DNA of 63,361 bases, the filler included, from Octopus bimaculoides (lineage: Eukaryota), in the NCBI RefSeq assembly GCF_001194135.2. It is 8 parts of 7 records of this genome, joined end to end, with 100 filler letters (N's around TTAATTAATTAA, not from the genome) between each part and the next. Parts side by side here need not be neighbours in the genome. Positions count along the whole stretch, not along the records: positions 38,319 to 51,321 come from NC_068987.1; positions 51,422 to 58,694 come from NW_026332636.1; 6 more parts are not named here. One strand, written 5' to 3'. This document shows positions 40,523-53,248 of this stretch, piece by piece; position 1 is the stretch's first letter; the number at the start of each line of letters is the position of its first letter. Position numbers and translations under genes: made by a program. The notes under the pieces are model-generated. The model was given only the letters and a program-made list of their open reading frames with translations, searched no databases and was not told the DNA's origin.

Positions 40523-42208
40523 CTAGCAGAAATACCCGGCGTTGCCCGGGTTAAAGAGAATAATGAAATCTAAAAACGCCGTCTAGACTACGCATCATCT
40601 TTATATATAAAGATGTATATACACACACGCACCCAAGCACACGTATATATATATGTATATCAATATAAATATATGAAAGTCAATGAAGTTTCGTAAAAGA
40701 AGGTGATCATGTACATACTTTCTTGCTGTTGTGATTATAACACCTCGTTGTAAACAATGTTCCTTGTTTTCCCTTGTGGAGCATATACAAATAGGTTTTT
40801 TTTGCTGCCCACTCTTGAGCAGCCAACATACAGTTGTCCATGTGAGAAGCAGGGCTCTTCCAAGAGAAGANNNNNNNNNNNNNNNNNNNNNNNNNNNNNN
40901 NNNNNNNNNNNNNNNNNNNNNNNNNNNNNNNNNNNNNNNNNNNNNNNNNNNNNNNNNNNNNNNNNNNNNNNNNNNNNNNNNNNNNNNNNNNNNNNNNNNN
41001 NNNNNNNNNNNNNNNNNNNNNNNNNNNNNNNNNNNNNNNNNNNNNNNNNNNNNNNNNNNNNNNNNNNNNNNNNNNNNNNNNNNNNNNNNNNNNNNNNNNN
41101 NNNNNNNNNNNNNNNNNNNNNNNNNNNNNNNNNNNNNNNNNNNNNNNNNNNNNNNNNNNNNNNNNNNNNNNNNNNNNNNNNNNNNNNNNNNNNNNNNNNN
41201 NNNNNNNNNNNNNNNNNNNNNNNNNNNNNNNNNNNNNNNNNNNNNNNNNNNNNNNNNNNNNNNNNNNNNNNNNNNNNNNNNNNNNNNNNNNNNNNNNNNN
41301 NNNNNNNNNNNNNNNNNNNNNNNNNNNNNNNNNNNNNNNNNNNNNNNNNNNNNNNNNNNNNNNNNNNNNNNNNNNNNNNNNNNNNNNNNNNNNNNNNNNN
41401 NNNNNNNNNNNNNNNNNNNNNNNNNNNNNNNNNNNNNNNNNNNNNNNNNNNNNNNNNNNNNNNNNNNNNNNNNNNNNNNNNNNNNNNNNNNNNNNNNNNN
41501 NNNNNNNNNNNNNNNNNNNNNNNNNNNNNNNNNNNNNNNNNNNNNNNNNNNNNNNNNNNNNNNNNNNNNNNNNNNNNNNNNNNNNNNNNNNNNNNNNNNN
41601 NNNNNNNNNNNNNNNNNNNNNNNNNNNNNNNNNNNNNNNNNNNNNNNNNNNNNNNNNNNNNNNNNNNNNNNNNNNNNNNNNNNNNNNNNNNNNNNNNNNN
41701 NNNNNNNNNNNNNNNNNNNNNNNNNNNNNNNNNNNNNNNNNNNNNNNNNNNNNNNNNNNNNNNNNNNNNNNNNNNNNNNNNNNNNNNNNNNNNNNNNNNN
41801 NNNNNNNNNNNNNNNNNNNNNNNNNNNNNNNNNNNNNNNNNNNNNNNNATATATGTATATGTATACATATACATCTCTCTCTCTCTCTTTCTGTCTCTCT
41901 CTTTCTCTCTCTGTGAAAGTATCTGTCATTACAGTATCGAAATGTGATTGTTTCAGTTAGTGGAATAGTTTCATTTTTAAAGTGAAAGTATTTGACATGA
42001 GTGTTTTTGTTTCACTTTTGACACGTAATACTTAAATAGTGGAGGAGATATTATGTTGTCGTGTGCGCGAACTCTGCAAGAAGTTAAAAACTGGAACCCT
42101 AAATAAGACATGTGTAAAATTGAATGAAATTGGTTGCGTAGTTCTCGAGTTTTAGGGATTCACACACACAGACAGACAGACACACATTCTCATTTTTATA
42201 TATATAGA
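40523..42208 (-). mobile_element. Non-autonomous Helitron retaining the helicase C-terminus (internal gap)
   Basis: 5' A|TC terminus at 42208; 3' hairpin CCCGGGCAACGCCGGG followed by CTAG at 40526-40523. LLLEEPCFSHGQLYVGCSRVGSKKNLFVYAPQGKTRNIVYNEVL* at 40870-40735 is the Pif1-type RepHel C-terminus. Confidence 0.85.
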
Positions 42209-43908
42209 TGACTAAGACTAAAGTTGTATTGGCCAGTGCTGTATGATAGCCCAATTTTAAAAGTTACTTTAGATAAATATGTCTCAACCATGTACACTCG
42301 ATACATTTTATATTTTTGTTTGGCCTTCAGCAGTTATTGGTGCTCTACAAAGTTTATTTGATGCCCACAATGGAGTTTTGCTAACACATCAGGGACGGTG
42401 CTGCTGTTGGAATATTGCTTTCAGAGATGTCGTCTCCCAAGAGTGCATATTTAATACTGCCTAAATGAACGTTTACATCATCTAAAGAATCAAATATTAA
42501 AAAAAAAAAAGAAAAATATTTTTTCTAAAGCAATCATTTATTTTAAGGTTCTCTATAAAACTTCCAACTATCTTATAATTCTCAAAATGACAGTGGAATT
42601 TCCACGGATACTGCTAGTTTCCATTAGATTTGTTGGCAACGCTAATTGAAACAGATTTGTAAGCCCACAAAATATTCGTGGGAATCAACGACAGTTATCT
42701 CTCCTGATCGAACATTCTCGAACAATCTAGAATATTCCAGAAAATTCCAGGCGATCTTGACTAACTCCCCCCTTTGCTAATTTACAACGCATAACTTCAA
42801 AATAACAAGCAGGTGATCGCTAGTAGCACATCGCTTATTTAAGCGTGCATTCCCGCTTAAATCGGTCTCTCTTCTCTAACTGCTTCTTCGAGACGCGACA
42901 AGGTCCACCGCGACCATGAGAGAGCCAGGAACATGAATTTTATATCTGATTTCCTATCAGTAAGTAGCTCGTCGTGGTCTAGTGTCTGTGGAAAGTAAAT
43001 CTCGTAGTTTGATTTATTTCTATTTACTCAAAGTTATCATGGAACATGACAAGTTGTTCAAAAACCTTTCTTCTTCCCAGAAATCTTTATTGAACATTGT
43101 ATACTCACTGTACGCGTTCGTTTGTCACGCATCTGAGTAAAACCTTGAACGTGAAGTTATTCTCACAGAACGTGTTTTGTCGTTATTTATTGCACAGAGA
43201 TATTTCATGGTTATTAAATTAATGATTCAGTTCAATTATTAAAGTGTTGACATTTTTATTAGCGACTTCCTACGCTAAAGATTAAATCGTGAATTTTAAG
43301 TACCAAGAAACATTTTAATGTGTATATTTTCTACATTAACCTAATGCTGTGAAACAACGGTGCTGTTTCAGCGTGTGGCTTATTGCAGTTTAAATTGTTT
43401 ACGTTGTGAAATTACCTGATCTGGATTAGGAGTGGAGTTAAGGTTACGGTTAGGATCAGGGTTAACGTTAGACTGCATACTTAAGTGTAAATTGCGAGGT
43501 AGACCACACTAAGACTGGATTATTTTTTTCCAACCATTTAGTTTTTCAAATTTTCGCCAGATCATTATCAAAAACTATAGTTCTGCTGTATTTTAGCAAG
43601 CTGATTGCGAAAATTGTATTCATCTTTTGCAGAAACTAATAATGGGAAAGATATGTTTAAAATTATGTAATTTCAACCAATCGCAGCCTCGATTGTCGGA
43701 CAAACCGGATGTCAATGACTCTCTCTATGGGAACACCATGCACAAAACCTTTATGTGATTTGTCGACTTGCTAAAAATAGCAGCCAAATCTTTCTTAAAC
43801 TACACCATAATGTCTAATGTCTAAAACGCAAAAAGGACGTAATATTGTGCCATAACACTGTTTATTTTCTCACTTGAAGCAGGCCAATTTATTTCTACAT
43901 GTTGAGTG

Positions 43909-44207
43909 TGTAGCGTAGACGCGGGTAAATTCCTCTCTCCCTTAATTATATATACATGCATTCGAACGTAGCAGGTAACAGCTAGCCTTTGGCCGCTGTT
44001 TGGATCCCGTTGTGTCCACTACTCCTAATGGTTGGTATTGGTGCAATTTATCTCCTACTCTGTTGTACCAACTGACCGCCGACAACCAACCAGAGTAGTG
44101 GACACAACGGGATCCAAACAGCGGCCAAAAACTAGCTGTTACTTGTTACGCTCGAATGCACGTATATATAATAAAGGGAGAGATGCATTTCACGCGTCTA
44201 CGCTACA
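43909..44207. mobile_element. MITE with TGT...ACA termini, ~115-bp TIRs and a 4-bp TSD (Ginger-like)
   Basis: TGTAGCGTAGACGCG...CGCGTCTACGCTACA, with AGTG on both sides (43905-43908 and 44208-44211). Confidence 0.75.
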
Positions 44208-44235
44208 AGTGTTAGTAACATCTAAATTAAATACA

Positions 44236-44456
44236 ATATTATTACCAGTTCAGAAATACTTGTGCCAGGTTCAGACTCGTAAGCAAGCCATTCACTGTGT
44301 TTTGTCATGGAGAAAATTTCTCCCTGTAGACAAATGGTGTGACGTGCTGCGTGCTGATTTAGGTGTACAGCCAGAAATTTTCTCCATGACAAAACACTGA
44401 ATGGCTTGCTTACAAGTTCGAACCTGCCACAAGCGTATTTGAACTGGTAATAATAT
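44236..44456. mobile_element. Fold-back element/MITE with ~85-bp inverted arms
   Basis: ATATTATTACCAGTTCA...CATGGAGAAAATTTCT and its reverse complement. Confidence 0.75.
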
Positions 44457-44666
44457 CGCATTTATACACATCATTGCTTAGCGCTCCTCCCCGTAATCTA
44501 AATTAAAGTCAATCTCAATGAACGTAATCTTTTTATTGAACTCACGACACTTAAAACATTTACTGGGCTCCACAAATCGGTATTAAATGTTCTTTCTTCT
44601 TATTCTTTTATTCTTTTACTTGTTTCAGTCATTAAACTGCGGCCATGCTGGGGCACAGTCTTGACG

Positions 44667-44763
44667 AAAAATATGGAACGCTTCACAAATTTGCGTGTCA
44701 TCCTTGCGCGGGGGTCATGCTAATTTTCTCTGTATCGTTCAAATTTTAGTACATGTACTGCCG
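44667..44763 (-). pseudogene. U6: U6 snRNA pseudogene (slightly 5'-truncated)
   Basis: The minus strand reads CGGCAGTACATGTACTAAAATTTGAACGATACAGAGAAAATTAGCATGACCCCCGCGCAAGGATGACACGCAAATTTGTGAAGCGTTCCATATTTTT. This matches U6 with an intact ACAGAGA box and about 5 substitutions. Upstream is SINE sequence, not a recognisable PSE/TATA. Confidence 0.93.
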
Positions 44764-44897
44764 TAACTACGGTTTCGAGTTCCGTTTCACTGCATGCAGC
44801 TTGCGGAAGTGTTTTCTTCTATAGCACCAGACTGACCAATGCCTTGTGAGTGAATTTGCTAGATGGAAACTGTATGGAAGCCTGTCGTAAATGTGAG

Positions 44898-44940
<43 letters not shown>

Positions 44941-46044
44941 CGTGCGACTGCGTGTACTTGTGTTTGGGTTTGTCCCCCATTACTCCCGCTTGACAACCTG
45001 TGTAGTTTGGTTACATCCTGTAGCTTAGCGGTTTGAGGAAAGAACCAATAGAATAAGTACCAAACTTAAGAGTATTCGACTGAACAGTTTCTGGCGGTGC
45101 CACAGCAAGACCACAATCCTATGACTGAAACAAGTGAAAATATAAAAGATGAAAAGAAAGATGTATTACGTGTTCCGCTTCTCAACCGAAAAACATTATT
45201 ATTATTTTATATTTTTTTCCATTTTCTTAGTGCATAAAGAAAATCATCCGAAAATGGACCACGTATAGTGAAAAACAAGTAGACTACTTGTACTTCTATT
45301 GTTGTATAATAAATTTTATAAATCATAATGAGTAAATAACGTATGACTGAACGATTAAGAAACGGATCACTAAACGCGACTCTACATAGAACAAATATGA
45401 AATGAGGTAGTTATGTTTAACATAAAAACAACGACAATTTAATGGCGGCTTCTGTTTCAAACCTTATTGTACAGACATGTCGCGGCTTATAGGTTGTGGT
45501 GGTAACAGGTTGACTTGTTGAATGAAAATGTTTCTTGAGCTGCGTGTAGAAGTAACTAAATAAAACCTGCGAACATTTAACAGAATTTATTATTGCACAT
45601 AAAGACAAACTGTATTGGCTTTTTACAGATAGCAACAGCAATAGTTACATACTGTGAAAGAGATACTGCTCGGAGGCTACGGCAAGCTATTGATACGGCA
45701 ACCTGCGGCTTGCCCAATATAATTGGAGACAATTGTGCTATATTCGTGGCGACAGAGATTCCTATCATCTATCTGCGCTAAATATCTTAACCATTGTCCT
45801 GAACGGGTTTTATAGAGGATCGGAAGTCAAATTCTAGAATGTTCAAGAAAACCTGTTCACGCCATCGCTTCACGCTGATTAATTGACCGATCACGTGAAA
45901 CTGTGGTGGTTTGTTCGTGGTGTCTGACTGCGTTTCCAGCGATTCGGTTTCGAATCCCCACTACAGACTAAAAGCGAGACTGTGTTGAGTGATGCATGTG
46001 CCAAGTAATTTTCACACCAACTGTAAAACAAAAATCAGTTAGCC

Positions 46045-46450
46045 GGCCATGCCACCTTCTCGGCCTACTTTTCCTAGGAGGGTCGTGAGGACGGAGTTCT
46101 CAGGCACTTCCTCCACTGGGTCCAATCAGAAACAGCCGTAACATTTTCCAGTTGGACTCCTACGTATGAACAACTGAGATATTATCCAACTACTTTGTTC
46201 TTGATAAACTCTCAAGTCTTCTACTGGTTGTTTGGGCTTTAAGAATTCGTCGTGCGATTCTCTCCTGCGATATTCTCATCACGTGTCCGTTGTACCGGAG
46301 CTGTGACCGCTCAATACGGTGAAGCAGCAGCTTGATCTGGTGAGACTCCCTGATGTCCAGGCTATGCACCCTGTCGAATGACGTTATATCAGAGATCCTT
46401 CCGAGGAACCCTATTTTGGTCGTTTGTATTCGTGATCGCATACCCAACAT
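46045..46450 (-). mobile_element. RTE-clade LINE 3' fragment
   Basis: IRESHQIKLLLHRIERSQLRYNGHVMRISQERIARRIL matches the RTE C-terminal LRW.GHV.RM motif. Confidence 0.8.
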
Positions 46451-49185
46451 TCACTCATTACCAAGCATTCATAATGAAATGTGAGAACAGGCATAAAAAT
46501 CGAATTATATATGTACGAGTGTATGGATCTAGGTATGCATGTCTACATGCAAGTATGTATTAAATATATAATAGTATACCCGTGTCGGCAAAAATGAAGA
46601 CAGTTTTATTCGTTATAGAATAAAAAGAAGTTAAAATTTAAATTATTTTTTTCTCTTGAAAATATCTTCTATACCATGTATCTATTGGACATGGTTGTGC
46701 ATGGTGGTGGTAGTGGTGATAGTGGTTGTCGTAGTGGTGGTGGTGGTGGTGGTAGTGGTGATAGTGGTTGTCGTAGTGGTGGTGGTGGTGGTGGTAGTNN
46801 NNNNNNNNNNNNNNNNNNNNNNNNNNNNNNNNNNNNNNNNNNNNNNNNNNNNNNNNNNNNNNNNNNNNNNNNNNNNNNNNNNNNNNNNNNNNNNNNNNNN
46901 NNNNNNNNNNNNNNNNNNNNNNNNNNNNNNNNNNNNNNNNNNNNNNNNNNNNNNNNNNNNNNNNNNNNNNNNNNNNNNNNNNNNNNNNNNNNNNNNNNNN
47001 NNNNNNNNNNNNNNNNNNNNNNNNNNNNNNNNNNNNNNNNNNNNNNNNNNNNNNNNNNNNNNNNNNNNNNNNNNNNNNNNNNNNNNNNNNNNNNNNNNNN
47101 NNNNNNNNNNNNNNNNNNNNNNNNNNNNNNNNNNNNNNNNNNNNNNNNNNNNNNNNNNNNNNNNNNNNNNNNNNNNNNNNNNNNNNNNNNNNNNNNTTCC
47201 CCATCTCACTATACCATGTAAAACGTGACTTGAGAAATCACTCAACTGACCAGCCAGCCAACCCACCAACCAGCCAACTAACTTACTTTCAAACGTGTGT
47301 GTGAGCGTGTATGTGTGTGTGTGTGTGACTGCGCACGTGTGTGTATATTGTTGACTTTGAAAATGTAATTCTAGTGAGTTTGAAGATATATTTCTTATTT
47401 CTTTATTGCCCACAAGGGGTTAAACATAGAGGAGACAAACAAGGACAGACAAAGGGATTAAGTCGATTACATCGACCCCAGTGCGTAACTGGTACTTCAT
47501 TTACCGACCCCGAAAGGATGACAGGCAAAGTCGACCTCAGCAGAATTTGAACTCCGAACGTAACGGCAGACGAAATACCGCTAAGCATTTCGCCCGGTGT
47601 GCTACCGTTTCTGCCAGCTCACCGCCTTTGAAGATATATTTCTTTGTTCACAATATCTCAGTCATCGAGCATTGACGAGGTCTCTTATCAGAGATACAGA
47701 AGTGCATGATTTAAAACTAAACCGTTCGAGGTTGAATAGCTTACCATTCTCCTTCAGTAGCATATTCATATAAATGCCCTCAGATCAGTCTGCAAACGAT
47801 TGACCTTCTAGGTGTGGGCTAGGGGCTAATCGGTTACATCGACTACAGTACTCAACTGGTACATATTATATCGACATCGAAGAGATGAAAGACAAAGCCA
47901 ACCCCGACGGGTATGAACTCAGAAAGTAAAGCTTCTTTAAGCTCCCCCACCCGTATTTATATTAATCTACATTTATTCGCATTTCTAATTAGCTTTTTAA
48001 TATTTCACGTATTCAAGGCGTCGAGCTGACAGAATCGTTAGCACACCGGATCAAATGCTTAGCGGCATTTAGTCCGTTTTTACGTTCTGAGTTCAAATTG
48101 CACCGAAGTCGACTTTGCATTTCACTCTTCGGGGTCGATAAAATAAGTACCAGTTGAGTACTGTGGTTAATGTAATCGACTTACTCCCTGGAAATTGCTA
48201 GCCTTGTGCCAAAATCTGAAACCAATATTTCACGTATTAACAGGCGCAGCATGGTTATGTAGTTTAAAAAGATCGCTTCGCAACTGCGTAATTTCAGGTT
48301 CAACCCCTGAATTGAATGTTTCTCTTCAGAACACTGGCTCATCCAAAACCTTATGAGTGAAAACGAATAAATGGAAACTGTGTAGAAGCCCGCTTCAGGG
48401 TTTGGTGGGATACATTAAACCCACCGCCCAATTTAACATCACCACATGATCCTTGAATGTCTGTAGTGGAATCCACTCTTTCGTAAGCATTTTGATCAGA
48501 CCTCCAGTCTGAGAATAACTTCCCGATCCCAACCTAAAAGGATGTGAAAAGCATTATGGGCGCAGCTCTACTCCCTCCAGCCAATCCATTAAAAAGATAA
48601 GTTAACACTAACTTATTGTACATGTGATTTCATGTTGATGTAACGCAGAAGCTGAACAATACGAATTTTTTTTCTCGGTGAATCTGTGGAAGGAGAAGTA
48701 CTTCTTTAGCCTTCGCAAACCCTACGTGAAGGACAAGAATAATGGTGTTAATGGACTGCATAAACTGCCACCACAAGTCGACACTCAGTACCATCTTAAG
48801 GCATGAACATACGGGGTAGTTGCCGAAGGGCCTAACGGGCTTAGGGGTCCAATTCTAATCTATGTGTGTTGTGGCTGGTTGTCAATGGATAAATACTATA
48901 AAACTCAGTGCATTGATTTGCTCAGGGATTTATAATACTGTTAAGACGACCTTGTCGACACTTGCAGGGAACATATGAGCAAATAGAAGAATTCCAGAGA
49001 CACAACGTTCACTGGAGGAAGAAGAAATGGGTTTTGTGGTTAGTAAAAGAATCGAGGCTTTGAAAGCAACATGAACGATGGGAAAAGTAGAGCTTGGAAG
49101 TACATCAGTGGAGAGGACACGAGATCAGCAAGCTTCGAAGAACAGAAGCTATTATAGTCGCAGTTCACAAGGAAGAGAGAGAGAG

Positions 49186-49228
<43 letters not shown>

Positions 49229-49866
49229 TGAAACTTGTCTGAGTGATTTTAAATACGCATATCATGCAGTTATCTATCTGCACATTCACAACGTGCGTAT
49301 AAGTATACGATTTTCTTATATACATTGATGTGTTATATTGATATATTTATGATAATTTAATTGCTAACGATTTATTTTTAAGCCAAATATAATAAACTTA
49401 ACACTCAAAGTTCTGAGTCATGTAGAAAACAAAAATATAGTCAACCACGAGACATTACGTGTGAGTGTTTCTCTTTCTCTCTCTCTCTCTCTTTCTCCAT
49501 AGACATACATACCTACATCCATCCATCCATCCACCCATACACCCATACATACATATGTATAAATCTTAGAAATAAAAACCACACAAAACCGTATAAAATT
49601 CAGCTACCCAGGGTTTCTTGGGCGGAATATTAAATTACAAGCCCACCATGTTGAAATAGCCAACTTAAGAAATGGTGGAATAAATTTTATATTCTTTCCA
49701 GGAAACCCTTGGTAACTCAACTTCCTATGTTTTCTTTTTTTTCTTTTTTTGTGCGGTTTTTATCAATAACATCTTTTAGTTCTTAACTGATCGAGTGCTC
49801 CACTACTTGTTGGACTTCATACCGCGCGCACACACACGCACACACACACACACACACATATACACA

Positions 49867-50398
49867 CGAGGTCTGATCAAAAATTATCGGAAATGTTACT
49901 AATAGCAGCAAAGCTAGAGTACGCAAAGTGAAGCTCTTTGGCACAGATGACCTTGAACACCGTCGCACACGCACACTTAGTTATAAAGTTCTTGCTCACT
50001 TTCGTTGTTTATAGCAGTGCTTGGAAATAAAGTGTGCAGAGTGTGGTCGCCTCAAAAAGAAGACCAAGTTTCAGTTGTTTCGAGGAAATGAAAACTTTTT
50101 GGAAACGGTCATAACAGGTAATGAATTGTCCATCTATGGCTATGACTCCAAAACTAAGGCAAAAATCAATTCCCACTTGAAAGGAACGAGAATTCAAGAC
50201 GTCGAGGAAATCCAAGAGAATGCGATAAGGCAGCTGCTCGTTTTCCCAAAATTGGAATTCCAAGAATGCTTCTATCAATGAAAACGACTCTGAATAAGGC
50301 TTTGGAAGAGGCTTCAAAGGAGATTAAATACCGAATTGATATGGGTTGTAGTTCTTCTTTTTATAGTACCAGTCCCGATACTTTTTGATCAGATCTCG
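49867..50398 (+). mobile_element. Internally deleted mariner element
   Basis: TIRs CGAGGTCTGATCAAAAA and TTTTTGATCAGATCTCG|TA. FLETVITGNELSIYGYDSKTK is a degenerate ITGDE.W motif, joined to LKGTRIQDVEEIQ...FQECF. Confidence 0.8.
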
Positions 50399-50420
50399 TA
50401 TATATATAAAAGTATATATA

Positions 50421-51110
50421 TACCGTAAATCCTCCAGTATAGTCCGCCCTTGAGTATAATACGCAAGGGATTTTTAAGGGGCTGTACCTCTGAAAAACCT
50501 AAACCTTGTGTATAATACGCACCTCTTCTCTAACTTCAGTCAAGGAGGTCTATATAACGTCCTTGGCTTGTAAACATATATACGGTACCGTCCTTTATTA
50601 TTATTGTATATATAATATAATGCAAACGTGTAGCCTTTTTGTGCACTTTGTTTGCAGAAAATAAAGAAATAACAGTAATAACGTCAGTGAAAAATAAATA
50701 TTAAGTAAATTGCCTTGACATATTTCTCACTATCAGTTACAAAAGCAAACGCAAAAAAACATTTATTCAAATCCTTCAAATTCAACGTCACTTTCAGCAT
50801 CAAATAACTGTTCCATTTGTTCCTCCGTAAACATGTCAGCATCATTGTAGTGTAAATCTCCGTCATCGTCAGATTTATAGTCAACATCAGAAGATTCACT
50901 TTCATTTATTTCATCTTTCCATACAACGTCATCCTGAGTACCATCCAGTGCAGACGATATACATTTGATAAAACTTTTCACAATAATCTGGGGATCAAGT
51001 TCATTCCATGCATACACGATCCATTTGCATATCAAAGTCAAGTCGTCAACATCAAATTTTCTTCCGGCAGGCCTTATTACCATGCTCTTCAGCATATGAT
51101 ATAACTTCAA
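50421..51110 (-). mobile_element. pogo/Tigger-like transposon, right end plus transposase C-terminus
   Basis: ICKWIVYAWNELDPQIIVKSFIKCISSALDGTQDDVVW...acidic tail...EFEGFE; terminus TA|CCGTAAATCCTCCAGTATAGTCCGC. Confidence 0.75.
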
Positions 51111-52029
51111 GTTTAAACATAGCTGAATAAGATCTACGAGGCATTTTATGGGAATGTAATGTCTAAAATGTTTTATTGGAGATTAATGTACAGGTTTAAG
51201 TCCCGCTTATAAAAAAACCCTCGTAAAGACCCACAGTAGTTCAAATATTTAATACTGGTATTTAATTAAGTATCTATTGTCTGCCACGGTAATGATGCAA
51301 ACTGCCAATACAAACAGCACGNNNNNNNNNNNNNNNNNNNNNNNNNNNNNNNNNNNNNNNNNNNNTTAATTAATTAANNNNNNNNNNNNNNNNNNNNNNN
51401 NNNNNNNNNNNNNNNNNNNNNCGGAGCCTCGTGGAGCTTTAGGTGTTTTTGCTCAATAAACACTCACAACGCCCGGTCTGGGAATCGAAACCGCGATCCG
51501 ATGACCGCGAGTCCGCTGCCCTAACCACTGGGCCATTGCGCCTCCGCAGAAATATGACAGACGAATTTTTTTCTCAGATAAAAATGTTTTATTTAACAAC
51601 AATAAAAAGAGTAACTGAGTTACAGAGAAAAGAGTACAACGGTAAAGAAACTAGAAAGAATAGTTATTCTTTGGGATATTAAATTCGGAAATATTTCGTT
51701 CAAAAATATTACATTCGTGCGCCATAGAGTGTTTCAGAAAAGCATATTAAACACATGACAGAAAAATATGTGAATGCGTGTGTGTGTGTGTGTGTGGACT
51801 TTGGGTGGCGGTGGGGTGAAATATCTTGCATTTCCGAGTTAAACAGCGATATATGCTAATGAAGGATAAACTCTGAAATAAAGTATTTAGCAAGACATCT
51901 TTCTTTATATTGTAAAATAGATTGAAGCGCCCTCTTTAAGATTTTGACGAACGTGCCAGAGAGTTAACAGTATGTATGTATGTATGTATGTATGTAAAAA
52001 TATGCAATTTCTGGAATTGCATATGTACT

Positions 52030-52079
52030 CTATTTTAAAAGTACCGAGAAGACCAGTCGTGAGTAACTCCACTGCACCT
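52030..52079 (-). CDS. Terminal coding exon 5 (KVQWSYSRLVFSVLLK*)
   Basis: Strong pyrimidine tract TTTATCCTTTCCTCTTTTTCAG|, phase 1, TAG stop. The five exons total 723 nt (240 aa plus stop). An AATAAA lies on the minus strand at 51593-51588. Confidence 0.65.
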
Positions 52080-52965
52080 CTGAAAAAGAGGAAAGGATAA
52101 ATTTGTTAAAAATTAACTCAATGACCACACGCGTATCTCTATCTATAAATGTATGTACATATATATATATTATTATATTTTATTTCTTCATTGCCCACAA
52201 GGGGCTAAACATAGAGAAGGGGCAAACAAGGACAGACAAACGGATTAAGTCGATTACATCGACCCCAGTGCGTAACTGGTACTTAATTTATCGATCTCCG
52301 AAAGGATGAAAGGCAAAGTTGACCTCGGCGGAATTTGAGCTCAGAACGTAACGGCAGCATTTCGCCCGGCGCGCTAACGTTTCTGCCAGCTCNNNNNNNN
52401 NNNNNNNNNNNNNNNNNNNNNNNNNNNNNNNNNNNNNNNNNNNNNNNNNNNNNNNNNNNNNNNNNNNNNNNNNNNNNNNNNNNNNNNNNNNNNNNNNNNN
52501 NNNNNNNNNNNNNNNNNNNNNNNNNNNNNNNNNNNNNNNNNNNNNNNNNNNNNNNNNNNNNNNNNNNNNNNNNNNNNNNNNNNNNNNNNNNNNNNNNNNN
52601 NNNNNNNNNNCCGCCTTACTTGGTACTTGAGTGTATCAATGAGAGAAGAAAAAAAAAACTAGCGTTCGTTACTTGTTTGTCGATCAACAAATCTCGAAAC
52701 CCCTATGTGTAGTGGGGTGGGCTCATCTGAATTGCACGCAGCTGATTGGATAACACAAAACAACCTTTCATAGCCACACGCAAGAGAACAGCGAAAGTGG
52801 GTATCAGCAACTTTTCTTCATAAATTTCCCGAAGAAGGATTCCTAGCCACGAAATATCGAAATACTAGGTAAGAGTATAAACCATCGACCTGTATTATTG
52901 ATTTTTTTAATTACTTGCATTGTTTTGGATTTGAAAATATTTAAAATATTTATATGTATAAATTC

Positions 52966-53140
52966 GTAGTTTAGCTTAATCGGTCAAAGCATTGTGACAT
53001 TTAATTACGGGGATGTGAGTTCGAGTCCACAGCTAGCCACCTACACTTTTCTCTGCAAAATAGGGATAGTTTATCCTGTTCAGGCTATATTATTAGCATT
53101 GTTCTGCGACTGAGAATTTGAAATCACTTTAAATTTATAT
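52966..53140 (+). mobile_element. tRNA(Lys)-like head plus body shared with 7345-7450 (candidate additional SINE)
   Basis: A-box TAGCTTAATCGGTCAAAGC, loop CATTTAA and B-box GTTCGAGTCC, then CCTACACTTTT..CTGCAAAATAGG...CAGGCTATATTATTAGCATT, which also occurs at 7345-7450. Confidence 0.5.
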
Positions 53141-53248
53141 GTATGAGACAATGCTTTTTGAAAACAACCGATGCTCGTGCGCATTCACACACACACACAG
53201 AATTATATAATCACTTGCATTTAAGTTTAGAAGATATGTTTTACTCAC

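Noticed and set aside
47690-49140. Possible very old CR1/RTE LINE remnants
   Set aside because: The similarity is too degraded to support by eye.
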